A stretch of 64,000 nt of DNA from Thermogemmatispora sp. (GCF_042408735.1 NZ_JBHOQV010000156.1:78442-142441); one strand, 5' to 3'; shown: positions 1 to 10,381, counted from the stretch's first letter. Translations and numbers: made by a program. The notes: a model not told the origin generated them from the sequence alone.

Positions 1-3000
1 GAGACAGAGCAGGTGCGTCCAAAGCTCTATCGCTGCCGAGCGGTTGAGAAGGTCTCTGGCGCCGATCGCCCCCGCATCGTTATGCTCTATGAGCTTGATC
101 TTGATCCGCTGGAGCGGAAAAACGCTAAGGACTTCTATACACGCACCTACCAGGCGTTGGAGAAGCTGCAGCCAACTGGCCTGGTCCCACGAGCGGAGAC
201 GCCTTTCCCCTGGTCGGACAGGTTTATGGTGGTGCCGATCGTCCCTCCCGAGGGACGCGCCTTGAGCGCTCTCCCGCTACCAGAGACGCGCGAGGAGTTT
301 GTACAGGAGCTGCAGATGGCAGTCCAGGCTTTCAAGGGACTGGCCCAGATCCACGCTCAGGGCGTCCTCCACCGCGCACTGACGCCCGCCGCGCTGATGG
401 TACAGTTCTCAAGAGGCCAGCCTCCTCGGGTGACGTTTAGCGACTTCTACGCCGCCCGCGTCGGCGGCATGTCTATCGCGGCTACTCTGGATAAGACCGC
501 GGTCGATGATCCGTACGCTGCTGAGGATGTGCTGATTGGTTATGAGTTTGCAACGCAGCAGACGGATACTTTTAGCCTGGCGCTGGTACTGCTTGAGCGC
601 CTCTCCGGTACCCCTATTTCTGCACTGCGCCCTACAGTCGATGATCCGCCCCGCCTGCCTGATAAGCCACGCTGGCAGACTTTCCTGACTCCCTCTCTGT
701 CGGCTGCTCTGCTGGAGATCTTTCGCGCTGCATTGCTCCCGCCAGAGGGTGAGCAGCCTCCGACGGCCGATGTGCTGGCTCGCCGCCTGGAAGCTCTGGT
801 GTACGAGGCACAGGATCCACGACAGGATGAGGTTCCTCAGACCTTACTCAACGGACGCTTTATCGTTCATCGCCTGCTTGGCCAGGGAGCCATGGCTTGC
901 ACTTATCTGGCAAGCTACAGGGACTTTCCCGGCTTGGGGCAACAGGTACTTAAGCGCTTCCTGAATCCAGCTGATCTCTACGATCAAGCAATAAATGAAT
1001 ATAAGGCTCTAGAGAGTATTAAGAGCAAGTATTTCCCTACCATCAAAGAGATACATGGGATCAACGAAGATGCACATATCGTTATGGAGTATATCCCCGG
1101 TCCGACGCTGCAGCAGCTAGAAAGGGAATTTCCCTGGCCACTGGAACGCTGGTGGCCGCTGGCTCGCGATTTGCTGCGCGCTCTGACCGTGTTGGAGGAA
1201 CATGGTATCCTGCACCGCGATATTAAGCCGGCTAACATTATTCTGCACGAATTCGATAATCATCCGGTGCTGATAGACTTCGGGTTTGCGATGCGCCGTG
1301 GCGAGGAGCGTAGCCTGGCTGGTACGCCGCTCTATTTGCCGCCCGAGGCCCTGACCGCCGCCAGCCCGCCGGCTGACTGTGACCGCTACGCGGCGGCGGT
1401 GGTGCTTTTCAAGGTGCTGACAGGCAACTTGCCGTTCACCTACGATGAGGGCGGGCAACGCCTCCTGCGCTCGGCTGAGGAGCTTGAAGATGAGCATAAG
1501 CGGCGCCTGGCCACGGTTCTGCTGCGCGCCCTCGATCCTGATCCGGCTCGGCGCCCAACAAGTGCTTCTGCCTTCCTCGAGGAGCTGACGCAGGCCGAGC
1601 TGGCCGCCGTTGTCTTGACCGAGGAGCTCGCTCCGGTCCTGGAGGCAGTCCAGGAGCGCTCAGCCCTGGTAAATCCCTGGGTGGAGCAGGTGCGCGGCCT
1701 TTATCGCAAGAGTGCCAGCGGCAATGCCGATAATCGCGGCCTGGACAGCGACTTTGTGCGTGAGACCTACGTTCCGACAGCCCTCGATCGGCGGTTGCTA
1801 CCGCTTTTGTTGGAGTGCCGCCCCCTGGCTCTTTTCTTGTCGGGAAATCCCGGCGATGGCAAGACGGCTTTTCTGGAGCAGGTGCGCCAGGAGCTGATCA
1901 AGCGCGGGGCAACGGTCAGTCAGGCCGATCAAAGTGGCTGGGAGCTGCACTATGCTGGCCACATTTTCCGGAGCTGTTACGACGCCTCGGAGGCTCATCA
2001 AGGGCTGAGCGCCGATGAGCAGCTGACACGCAAGTTGCAGGGACTGGAAGGGTCCCAGCAGCCGGAGAGGGGGCTAACGGTGCTGGTGGCTATCAACGAT
2101 GGTCGCCTGGCCGACTATTTCGAGCGCTACGGCGAGCGCTTTAGCTGGCTGAGGAGGGAGCTGAGCCGCGAGGGGAAGCGGAATCGCTCGCTACGCGAGC
2201 GGACGGTCTGGCTGGTCGATCTGAAACGTCGCGCTTTTGTGGCGCTGCCGGGCGCAGAGGAGCGCTCGCTTTTCCGGCGCGTCCTGGATAGCCTGGTGGC
2301 CAAAGAGCACTGGACAATCTGCCAGCGCTGCGCCGCTGAGGCTGTCTGTCCGCTTTACCAGAATGCCCAGATGCTGCGCAAGAATCGTACTCGGCAGCGT
2401 CTGGAGTACCTGCTGTTGCTGACCCACCTGCGTCATCAGCGGCATATTACGATGCGCGACTTGCGCTCGGCTCTGGCTTATCTGATCACGGGCAATCTGA
2501 GCTGCCAGGAGGTCCACGCCGCTCGCCAGGGAGAGGATGGCGGGGCTACCCTGATCGAGCGCTCCTGCTGGCAAAGTGCTTTTGCTCCCCTCGAGACGGA
2601 GGATGAGCTGCTGCGCGATCTGCGGGCGCTGGATCCGGCGCGCTTCCCTCAGCCCCATCTGGATCGCTTTCTGCATTTCCATCGGAGCCAGCAAGATGCG
2701 CTCTTGCGCGCTGAGCTGATGGCCGATGGCCGAGATCTTCCACCACAGCGCTTTAAGGAGGAAGGCCAGTGGCTGGCAGCCTGGAAGCGGCGCCTCTACT
2801 TTTATGGCCCGCGCCTGGACGAAGAGAAACTGCCCAATTTGCCGGCTGTTCGCTGGCCCGAGCTGTTGCCCTACCGCTACGCGCTGCTGTACTTGCAGCT
2901 GCTCGAGGGCGAAGTGGAGCAGTTGGAGGAGACGCGCCGCAAGCTGGCTCTGGGCATCCTGCGCTCCGATGGTATTGAGGCCGATCTGCCCGCCGGCTAT

Positions 3001-3381
3001 CTCAGCGTGGTGGTGAAGGCTTCGGAAGAGCAGCAGCTGATTATCTTGAAGCAGTTCCCTCTAGAGGAGTTCGTGCTGGAGCCGGTGGGAAGCGATCAGC
3101 AGGAAGTGATTGAGACGCTGCCAGAGTTTCTCTTGCTGCGCCATCGTTCGGGGATGCCACGCCTGGAGATCTCGCTCGATCTGTTCGAGCTGTTGCTGCG
3201 CCTGGCCGATGGGCTGCAGCCAGAAGCCTGGGAGCTTCAGCCGCTGCTGGAGGATCTGCGCCACTTCAAACACGCCCTTCTGTTGATGGAGACACGCGAT
3301 CTGGTCTTGGTCGAAAATGCCCATCGTCTGTATCACCTGACTCAGCGCGATGGGAAGGTGGTCTGTACGACTATCGCCTGA
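1..3381 (+). CDS. 5'-truncated multidomain protein: degenerate kinase + intact Ser/Thr kinase + P-loop NTPase (MADS Mad6 / DndF-like defence protein)
   Basis: Frame is open from base 1 (ETEQVRPK...). First kinase-like domain HRALTPAAL/SDFY; second GQGAMA, VLK, HRDIKPANII, DFG; later Walker A SGNPGDGKT and INDGRL. Confidence 0.75.
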   Translation, partial: ETEQVRPKLYRCRAVEKVSGADRPRIVMLYELDLDPLERKNAKDFYTRTYQALEKLQPTGLVPRAETPFPWSDRFMVVPIVPPEGRALSALPLPETREEFVQELQMAVQAFKGLAQIHAQGVLHRALTPAALMVQFSRGQPPRVTFSDFYAARVGGMSIAATLDKTAVDDPYAAEDVLIGYEFATQQTDTFSLALVLLERLSGTPISALRPTVDDPPRLPDKPRWQTFLTPSLSAALLEIFRAALLPPEGEQPPTADVLARRLEALVYEAQDPRQDEVPQTLLNGRFIVHRLLGQGAMACTYLASYRDFPGLGQQVLKRFLNPADLYDQAINEYKALESIKSKYFPTIKEIHGINEDAHIVMEYIPGPTLQQLEREFPWPLERWWPLARDLLRALTVLEEHGILHRDIKPANIILHEFDNHPVLIDFGFAMRRGEERSLAGTPLYLPPEALTAASPPADCDRYAAAVVLFKVLTGNLPFTYDEGGQRLLRSAEELEDEHKRRLATVLLRALDPDPARRPTSASAFLEELTQAELAAVVLTEELAPVLEAVQERSALVNPWVEQVRGLYRKSASGNADNRGLDSDFVRETYVPTALDRRLLPLLLECRPLALFLSGNPGDGKTAFLEQVRQELIKRGATVSQADQSGWELHYAGHIFRSCYDASEAHQGLSADEQLTRKLQGLEGSQQPERGLTVLVAINDGRLADYFERYGERFSWLRRELSREGKRNRSLRERTVWLVDLKRRAFVALPGAEERSLFRRVLDSLVAKEHWTICQRCAAEAVCPLYQNAQMLRKNRTRQRLEYLLLLTHLRHQRHITMRDLRSALAYLITGNLSCQEVHAARQGEDGGATLIERSCWQSAFAPLETEDELLRDLRALDPARFPQPHLDRFLHFHRSQQDALLRAELMADGRDLPPQRFKEEGQWLAAWKRRLYFYGPRLDEEKLPNLPAVRWPELLPYRYALLYLQLLEGEVEQLEETRRKLALGILRSDGIEADLPAGYLSVVVKASEEQQLIILKQFPLEEFVLEPVGSDQQEVIETLPEFLLLRHRSGMPRLEISLDLFELLLRLADGLQPEAWELQPLLEDLRHFKHALLLMETRDLVLVENAHRLYHLTQRDGKVVCTTIA

Positions 3382-3410
3382 TCCTCAGGTAAGCACGAAG
3401 GAGAGCGACC

Positions 3411-5150
3411 GTGAAAGTAAAGCTGCCGAAAGACTTGCGCGGGGTGCGCTTCCCTCAAATGCTCCCTATCGAGATGAATGATTTTGACATCGATCTGCTT
3501 CTGCCTCTGCTGTTTTTTTCTATTCTTTCGGGAGGACGTGCCCGAGCAGGCATGAAAAACGACCCCAGTGCCATCGGTTTCTACATCGACCAGTTAAGTC
3601 AGCACCCAGCTGTCGAGGGTTTTGCAAGCCCTGAGAGGAGGCGCCTGCTGGAACGGCTGGTTCGTACTGCCCTGATTACTGTAGGGCGCGTTGGCCGCGG
3701 CCATAAGGATGAGCAGATTACATCTATTGTTCCCTATAACCTGCTTTGCTACAAGCCAGGCTTTCCAGAGAAATCAAGCCGTCTACGTAGTACAGATCTT
3801 TTTATCTACCAAATACTCCATAATTACCTTGGAAGCGATCAAGAACTCCGTCAATTTATTAAAGATGCTTTTGGACGTGGCATTGTCATCGGTCCCCCCG
3901 GCCAATTAGGAGGCGGTTACGATGGCGCCACAGAGCTGGATACTCTCACACGCCTCTCGCTGGCCTTTCTCGATGGCTTCGAGAGCATCAGACCTGGCCT
4001 GGGCCGAGACAAAAATAGCTATACTGGTGCCTGCCCGGGTCTGGCGCGTGAGCTGGCAGCGGACCTTGTGCAGTATATGTCTGCCTACCACGCCACCATG
4101 CCAACGCCGGCTTTCATTCACCATCTCCTGATTTTGATTAACTTTGAACTGTTTACCTACACCCTGAAGGTGGTCCACGCGGTGAACGCGCTCGTGGCCC
4201 AGCCAGAGAGCCTGCCTCCCGCCATGCGTGAGCCGCTGGAACCGTCACCCCCCGCCATCTATGTGGACTTCACCGGCCAGCCCGGCCCCAGTCAGGAGAT
4301 GGCTCGGGCCTGTGTGCGTCGCGACATCGAAGCCTACCAGAGCTTCTTGTCGGCGAATCTGTTGCTGCGCCAGTTGCATCGCTACGTGGAACAGCTCCAG
4401 CGAAACATCCGTCGGCGCGCTCTCATAGAACGCTTGCTTGGGAATGAGACCTCCGGTCCTCTCTACCTGCAACGCCTGCTGAGTCTACAGGGCCAAGCCG
4501 ACATCGAGGCCCAGGCCCGTCAGGACATCGACAAGATCTTTGACGAGAACAGCGAAGAGGCGAAAAATGATAGCAATGGCAATCATCACGATCTAGGAGA
4601 AGGACAAGAAAATAAGTTAGCTCGAAAGTATTTAGAGGACCTGCTCGCCAGCGCCGAGAGCGATCTAGAGGGCCTGGTCATCCTTTTGAAGGAGGGCCAG
4701 CGCGAAGCCACGCAGAATTTCGTGCGCTGGTACTGGAGCACGGGAGGTCTGACACGCGCTGAAGGTTTGCTCCGCGGGCAGCTGAAATACCGCTCGTCAT
4801 GGCAATATGCACCAACCAACGATCTACTGGCGGTCCTCGTGCAGCTTGCGGCGGCTCGCCTGAGCAACGGGAAAAATGGCGACCAGGAAGAGCAGAACGG
4901 TGATGGCCCTAGGCCCATCCGTCTGCAAGATTTCCTGCGCTTTCTCGACGAGCGCTTTGGCCTGCTCATCGATCGCCCACCCGCCCCCTTTGTGGGGGCC
5001 GAATACACTGCCGCCGCTCAGGAGAACCTGCGCGCCATGCAGCGCCGCCTGCGTCAGATGGGCATCTTTCGCGATCTCTCGGATGACTTCACGGTCCAGC
5101 GTCTTCACCCGCCCTATGCACCCTATACCATGGCGACATTACGGGGCTGA
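3411..5150 (+). CDS. Hypothetical 579-aa protein, Mad7/DndG-like by position and size
   Basis: Long ORF with GTG start and GAAGGAG upstream. Lies between the kinase gene and the giant ATPase. C-terminal ...RQMGIFRDLSDDFTVQRL. Confidence 0.6.
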   Translation: MKVKLPKDLRGVRFPQMLPIEMNDFDIDLLLPLLFFSILSGGRARAGMKNDPSAIGFYIDQLSQHPAVEGFASPERRRLLERLVRTALITVGRVGRGHKDEQITSIVPYNLLCYKPGFPEKSSRLRSTDLFIYQILHNYLGSDQELRQFIKDAFGRGIVIGPPGQLGGGYDGATELDTLTRLSLAFLDGFESIRPGLGRDKNSYTGACPGLARELAADLVQYMSAYHATMPTPAFIHHLLILINFELFTYTLKVVHAVNALVAQPESLPPAMREPLEPSPPAIYVDFTGQPGPSQEMARACVRRDIEAYQSFLSANLLLRQLHRYVEQLQRNIRRRALIERLLGNETSGPLYLQRLLSLQGQADIEAQARQDIDKIFDENSEEAKNDSNGNHHDLGEGQENKLARKYLEDLLASAESDLEGLVILLKEGQREATQNFVRWYWSTGGLTRAEGLLRGQLKYRSSWQYAPTNDLLAVLVQLAAARLSNGKNGDQEEQNGDGPRPIRLQDFLRFLDERFGLLIDRPPAPFVGAEYTAAAQENLRAMQRRLRQMGIFRDLSDDFTVQRLHPPYAPYTMATLRG

Positions 5151-5182
5151 TGCACTGAGCCTGCACTGGAAAGGGTTCAACT

Positions 5183-8100
5183 ATGGTGCTTTTTTCCCAA
5201 CAGAGCGATCTCAAGATTGAATTGCTGACAGAAGCGATCCTGAAGGAGTTGAAGGGGGCAGGTCCCGGCCACTGTGCCCGCGTCGATTTTCTGGAACTGG
5301 AGGATGTCCTTCTCCTCTGCCAGAGGTTACGCACGAGCCAGGAGGCCCAACAGGAAACGCTCTTTTACATCCTGGCCACGGAACGGAGCCAGACCGTCGA
5401 TGATCTTTTTATTCCCCCCGACCGCGCCATCGAGCTGCGCAACCGCAAGACTGGACGCTTTTGCCTCTTCATTCCCGCAGGCAGTGTGGATGCTACCGCC
5501 AGCTCTCTGGCCAACGCCTTCGCCCCCATCGACGGGCGCCAGCTTTATGAGGCAGCGCTGCGTGAGCTACAGCACCGCCTTCAGGTACGCTCTCCCGAAA
5601 CCGCTGCCCAAGTCCGCACGGTCTTCAGCCATCTGCGCCGCTGGCCTGGCCTGAGTCACGAGCGCCGCCTGGATTTCGTGGCTGCAGCCTTCGCCCGCGT
5701 CCAGAACGGTACGCCAGAGCGGCTCGGCCTGGAGTTATGGCGCGTCGGCCTCATCAGCGACGCCCGGCCCGAGTTTACCAACTACCTTGAGCGCAACCGG
5801 CGCCTGACTACCTTGCTGGCCCGGCCCAAGAAGTTTGACGCTACCCTGGTTGAGCGGGTGCAGGAGCTAAAGGTAGACACCCCCACCGCTAGAGAGCTGC
5901 TGCGCTTCTTGCAGGGCTACGTCCTCAGCGATGTCCACAGTTGGTCGCGCGCTCTGGAACAGGCTGAGTTGACGCTGGATCGCTGGCAGTTCATCCAGTA
6001 CGAGGAAAGCGATCTACGCGAATTTGAGCTTGTGCCTTTCATTAATCCCAAAGGAGAGGTCGAACGCTTTTGCCGTCTGGCTCAGCCCTATGGGCCAGGT
6101 AGTGCTCTCTACGCCTACTACGGTGAAAAAGGCGAGATGGTGGTACGCTGGAAGTGTAGGCCGGATAAACCTCGCAACCTGGGTGGCTGGCGCGTAGCTA
6201 TCGTGCCCGAGGAGTGCGAGCCGGGCTTTCGCGATAGCCTTTGGGAGCAGGACATTACGCAGAACCGGCGCAGCATCACTATCAGGCTAGACAAGCTCAA
6301 CCTTGATAATGAGGAGCCTCCCGACAGCGCCGTTTGCGTGCGCGTGGCCCCTCTGGGACCGGATGGCAATGAGCTGGTGACCAGGATCGGGGAAAAGGAG
6401 GAAATCTACTATAAAGACAGCCTGGCCTTTTATCTGTCCCCCGATCCGAGCTACCTGCCAGCTCCTACCACCGGCGACAGGCGCCAGACAGTGCCCACCC
6501 TTCCCTGGGGCCGGCTCAAGGTCGGCAGCGAGATCAGAGAGACCATTCTGGAGGAAAGCCTGCCCCAATGGCAGCATCACCAGTTCGCTTATTTCAGCCT
6601 GCTGCTCAACGGCAGAGATCGGTTAACCCTGGCCCTGAGCGAGACCTTACTGCAGCTGGAAGAGCGCATCCTTAAGGAGCCTGCTCAGGGTGGCTGTTTT
6701 CTTCTGGAGGTTGAAGAGCTGCGCCCCGTGCCGGCTGAGGCTATCAGGCCCTTCCCGCTGGCAACCGGTGAGGGCGAACAATGGCGCCATTTCTGGCGCC
6801 AGCGTGAGCTGTTCTTCCGGCGCCTGCGCCAGTCTGAGGGGCGCAGCGTGATCGAGGTGGCCGATTGGAGCAGCAGCCCCGACCTGGCCGATGCCGCCGT
6901 CCGTTATGCTCAGGCCTATCAGGCGCTGCTTGAGGAGCTGCTGGCAGGCAAGGCCAACAGCGACTTGCTGATCCAGGCCCTCTCTGTTGACAGCCTGCTC
7001 ATTCGCTTCATGAAGCAGGACCAAGTCGAAGAGGCCCTGATTATTCTGCCGACCCATCCGCTGCGTGCTGCCTGGTTTGCCGGCTATAGCAGACTGCTCA
7101 GCTCCTGGGAGGAAGTCCTGCTCGATCAGCCAAAGGAGCAGCGCAGGCGCCGCATCGACCTGGATACGCTCCGCCTGCTTGTTCCAGCCAATGTACCGCC
7201 ATTCGCCTATCATGCGGCCACCTCAACCGTCTTCATCTTCTTCCAGAATCTGCTTTTCTTCCACGGTGTAGCCTTGCCCGCCGCCGTCCCTGATCCCCAC
7301 CGGCGCTACGCCGACGTCGCCACCCTTCTCAACGCAAGACCTGAGAAGACCGATCCGGGCGATATTCGCCCTGAGCGTCTCAGCGAGCATCTTCGGCTCT
7401 TCCAAAGCCTGCATCCTTACGCTGATCCGCTGGTCCTGACCCTGGTCAATCCCGACCGCGGGGCCTTACTCGGCGAGGCTCTTAAGGGGTTGGCCCCCTC
7501 CTCAAAAGAGGAGGAAGAGGAGGAGGAAGGAATCAGCACAGGACCGGCAGGCGCCTTGCCGCTGCTTCAGATTGTCTCTTACAGCGAAAGCTGGCAGAGC
7601 GGCGCGCTGCAGGCCCTGACACGCACCTTACAGGAGAACGGCGGTCGGCACCTCTCTGGCTCAGGCCGCTCGACCGACCCTTTCCTGCCAGCTCTGGCTA
7701 CTACCACTCGACCGATCCGTCAACTACAAGAGGTGGAGGAGGAGCCACCCGAGTCGCATCTGGCCATTGTCAGCGACCTGCTCCGTCCACAGATCGTCGC
7801 CGTTCCCACCCAAGGAATGGCTTCGCTTAGCAGCGAGGTAAGCAGCTTCTCGCTCTATGGGCTGCTGCCACGCTTCATCTCCCAATTCAGCCAGGAAGGC
7901 AAGGCGCTTCTCTGGCGCTATCAGATCCTGACCGGTGGGGGGAAGCCTCTCCCTCACCCTGGAGGCCCGCGCTACAGCGAGACCTTGATCGACCTGCATA
8001 CCACGCTGCTCAAGGCTGGGGGCTACCTGCTCCAGGGAGAGACGGAGATGCAGCCCGCACTGCAGGTCACCCTCACGGCGGAGCTGCGCACCCTTCTGGA

Positions 8101-10303
8101 GAAGCTGCATCAGCGGGCCAACTGGGTGATTAATCTGGATCGCTTCTTCACCCTGGATTACTATGACTCGCCTCACCTGCCTGGCCTGGAGGAGGTGGCT
8201 CGCAAGTACGTGCTGGACTACTCGCCGGAGTTCACCGAGGGACTGGGGCACCGCATGATAGTGACCACCGCATGGCATCAGGAAATCACCTCGATGCTGG
8301 CTCAGGCGATGGAGGAGCTGGGCTTCTCACGCCTGGAAGAGAGCGTCAGCCGCCTGCTGCATGCCCTCAAAACCATCTCTGGGCGCCTGGCCCTGGAGGC
8401 CCTGGAGTCACCTTCGAGCGCTGCCGCCGCCGTGAGCCTTGGCGTGGTCGCCGCCTGGCTTGAACGCCAGGGTCGCCTTAAGCAGGCTGTCCTACTACCC
8501 GTCGACCTTTACCCGCGGATCTTCGCCAGCGGAGGCTCAGGGCAGCCAACCACCGGAGAGCACCACTGCGACCTGGCACTGATCGCTCTGAAGCGCAACA
8601 TCGTCGAAGCGACTTTCATCGAGGTCAAGTGGCGTCGCGGCTCCGTCCCACTTGAGCGCCTGGCGAGCGATATGGCCGTGCAGATGCGAGCAACCGCCGA
8701 AATGATGCAGCAGCGCTTCTTCGATCGGCAGCAGCTCGATGGCGCCATCCAGCGCGCCTACCTGGCCAACGTCTTGCGCTTCTACTTCGAACGTGCTCGC
8801 CGCTACCGGCTCTTCGACCCCCAGGCCGAAGCGGCCTTTCTAGACAACCTGGCCCGGCTTGAAAAGGCCGAGCTAGACTTTCGCCCCTTCTACGAAGGCT
8901 ATATCGTCAGCCTGGACAGCGAGCCGCGCAAACCCCTGGACATCGGCGGGGTCCGCATTCGGCTACTAACCGTGAGCGACTTCCGATCACTCCCCTTCAT
9001 CGAGGGCAGCACAGCCGAAACCCCTGAAGGCGTCGAGCCAGTCTCAGAAGGCGCCGAGACCTATCCGGGGCCTTCAGCCGGCGAGATAGAGCCTGGGGGA
9101 GCGGAAACCGGCGAGGCTGCCTCTCTGCCCGAGGCAGAGGACCAGCCCTATAGCCAGGTTCAGCGGGACGGGGGAGAGAAGGACGCCACCCTGCTCATGC
9201 CCACGCCAGTCTGGCGAAAGCAGCCAGACACAGCAGACGCTACAGACCGCGAGCAGCTACGCATCCCTCTCGGTCGCTCGCTGGGTGGACCGATCTACTG
9301 GAAGCCAGGCATCCAGGGCAGCCCTCATCTCTTTATTCTGGGCATCCCTGGTCAGGGGAAATCGTGGACCATTGAGCACTTGCTGGGCGAGCTAAGCCAG
9401 CAAGGTGTTCCGGCCCTCGTGTTGGACTTCCACGGCCAGTTCGCTGACCCCCAGGGGCGCTACTACCAGCGCGTTCGGCCTAACGTTCTCGACGCGGCCA
9501 GGGGCCTGCCGTTCAGTCCCTTCGAATGTGCCGCTTCCGGCTTGGCCTGGCGCACCAACGCTCTGGCCATCTCGGAGATTTTCGCCCAGGTCGCCGGCCT
9601 GGGAGCAATACAGCGCGATGTCATCTACACTGCTGTTCGTGACGCCTATCACGCCCACGGCTTCGAAGATGAGCTGAGCAAAGAAGAACGCAGCAAGCTG
9701 ACCTACCCCACCCTCCAGGAGGTCTTTCACCGCATCGAGCTGACAGCAAAGCAGCATCAGGTGGGCAATGTGACCGCTCGCTGCCGGCCGCTGCTCGAAA
9801 TGGATCTCTTCCGGCCCGAGGAGCCGCCTGTCAATCTCTCTTCGCTCATCGGGCCGGGCCTGGTGATCGACCTGCACCAACTCTACGCAGAGCTACTGCA
9901 ACTGAGCGCCGGCGCCTTTCTCCTCCACAAACTCTACAAAGACATGTTCCACTGGGGTCCTGCTGAGCGCCTGCGCCTGGCCATCGTCCTCGATGAGGCC
10001 CACCGCCTGGCGAAGGATAGAACGCTGCCCCGGCTCATGAAGGAAGGGCGCAAGTTCGGTATCGCGGTCATCGTCGCCAGCCAGAGCCTGGGAGACTTTC
10101 ATCCCGAGATCCTCAACAACGCCGGCACCCGCATCATCTTCCGCATGAACTACCCAGAATCGCGCAAAGCCGCCAGCTTCATTCGCGCTGGCCAGGGAAG
10201 CCAGATCATAGAGCGCATCGAGCAGCTAAGCGTCGGTAGGGCCTACGTTCAGACGCCCGAGATGCGCCAGGCCCTGATCGTTCGGATAGGTCCAGACGCC
10301 TGA
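5183..10303 (+). CDS. 1706-aa protein with C-terminal HerA/FtsK-type ATPase and a PD-(D/E)xK-like motif (Mad8/DndH-like)
   Basis: Walker A GIPGQGKS, Walker B IVLDEAH, EGRKFG, ASQ, RIIFR; upstream CDLALI...FIEVKW. Confidence 0.75.
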   Translation: MVLFSQQSDLKIELLTEAILKELKGAGPGHCARVDFLELEDVLLLCQRLRTSQEAQQETLFYILATERSQTVDDLFIPPDRAIELRNRKTGRFCLFIPAGSVDATASSLANAFAPIDGRQLYEAALRELQHRLQVRSPETAAQVRTVFSHLRRWPGLSHERRLDFVAAAFARVQNGTPERLGLELWRVGLISDARPEFTNYLERNRRLTTLLARPKKFDATLVERVQELKVDTPTARELLRFLQGYVLSDVHSWSRALEQAELTLDRWQFIQYEESDLREFELVPFINPKGEVERFCRLAQPYGPGSALYAYYGEKGEMVVRWKCRPDKPRNLGGWRVAIVPEECEPGFRDSLWEQDITQNRRSITIRLDKLNLDNEEPPDSAVCVRVAPLGPDGNELVTRIGEKEEIYYKDSLAFYLSPDPSYLPAPTTGDRRQTVPTLPWGRLKVGSEIRETILEESLPQWQHHQFAYFSLLLNGRDRLTLALSETLLQLEERILKEPAQGGCFLLEVEELRPVPAEAIRPFPLATGEGEQWRHFWRQRELFFRRLRQSEGRSVIEVADWSSSPDLADAAVRYAQAYQALLEELLAGKANSDLLIQALSVDSLLIRFMKQDQVEEALIILPTHPLRAAWFAGYSRLLSSWEEVLLDQPKEQRRRRIDLDTLRLLVPANVPPFAYHAATSTVFIFFQNLLFFHGVALPAAVPDPHRRYADVATLLNARPEKTDPGDIRPERLSEHLRLFQSLHPYADPLVLTLVNPDRGALLGEALKGLAPSSKEEEEEEEGISTGPAGALPLLQIVSYSESWQSGALQALTRTLQENGGRHLSGSGRSTDPFLPALATTTRPIRQLQEVEEEPPESHLAIVSDLLRPQIVAVPTQGMASLSSEVSSFSLYGLLPRFISQFSQEGKALLWRYQILTGGGKPLPHPGGPRYSETLIDLHTTLLKAGGYLLQGETEMQPALQVTLTAELRTLLEKLHQRANWVINLDRFFTLDYYDSPHLPGLEEVARKYVLDYSPEFTEGLGHRMIVTTAWHQEITSMLAQAMEELGFSRLEESVSRLLHALKTISGRLALEALESPSSAAAAVSLGVVAAWLERQGRLKQAVLLPVDLYPRIFASGGSGQPTTGEHHCDLALIALKRNIVEATFIEVKWRRGSVPLERLASDMAVQMRATAEMMQQRFFDRQQLDGAIQRAYLANVLRFYFERARRYRLFDPQAEAAFLDNLARLEKAELDFRPFYEGYIVSLDSEPRKPLDIGGVRIRLLTVSDFRSLPFIEGSTAETPEGVEPVSEGAETYPGPSAGEIEPGGAETGEAASLPEAEDQPYSQVQRDGGEKDATLLMPTPVWRKQPDTADATDREQLRIPLGRSLGGPIYWKPGIQGSPHLFILGIPGQGKSWTIEHLLGELSQQGVPALVLDFHGQFADPQGRYYQRVRPNVLDAARGLPFSPFECAASGLAWRTNALAISEIFAQVAGLGAIQRDVIYTAVRDAYHAHGFEDELSKEERSKLTYPTLQEVFHRIELTAKQHQVGNVTARCRPLLEMDLFRPEEPPVNLSSLIGPGLVIDLHQLYAELLQLSAGAFLLHKLYKDMFHWGPAERLRLAIVLDEAHRLAKDRTLPRLMKEGRKFGIAVIVASQSLGDFHPEILNNAGTRIIFRMNYPESRKAASFIRAGQGSQIIERIEQLSVGRAYVQTPEMRQALIVRIGPDA

Positions 10304-10321
10304 TGAGAGCGAAAACAGACC

Positions 10322-10381
10322 GGCCGGCTGGCGGGCGGGACTGCCAGCATGTGGCTGGCACTCCCAGCCGACCAGCCGGCC
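10322..10381. terminator. GC-rich hairpin between convergent genes, possible terminator
   Basis: GGCCGGCTGG (10322-10331) pairs with CCAGCCGGCC (10372-10381); inner TGCCAGC pairs with GCTGGCA. No clear U-tract. Confidence 0.45.
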
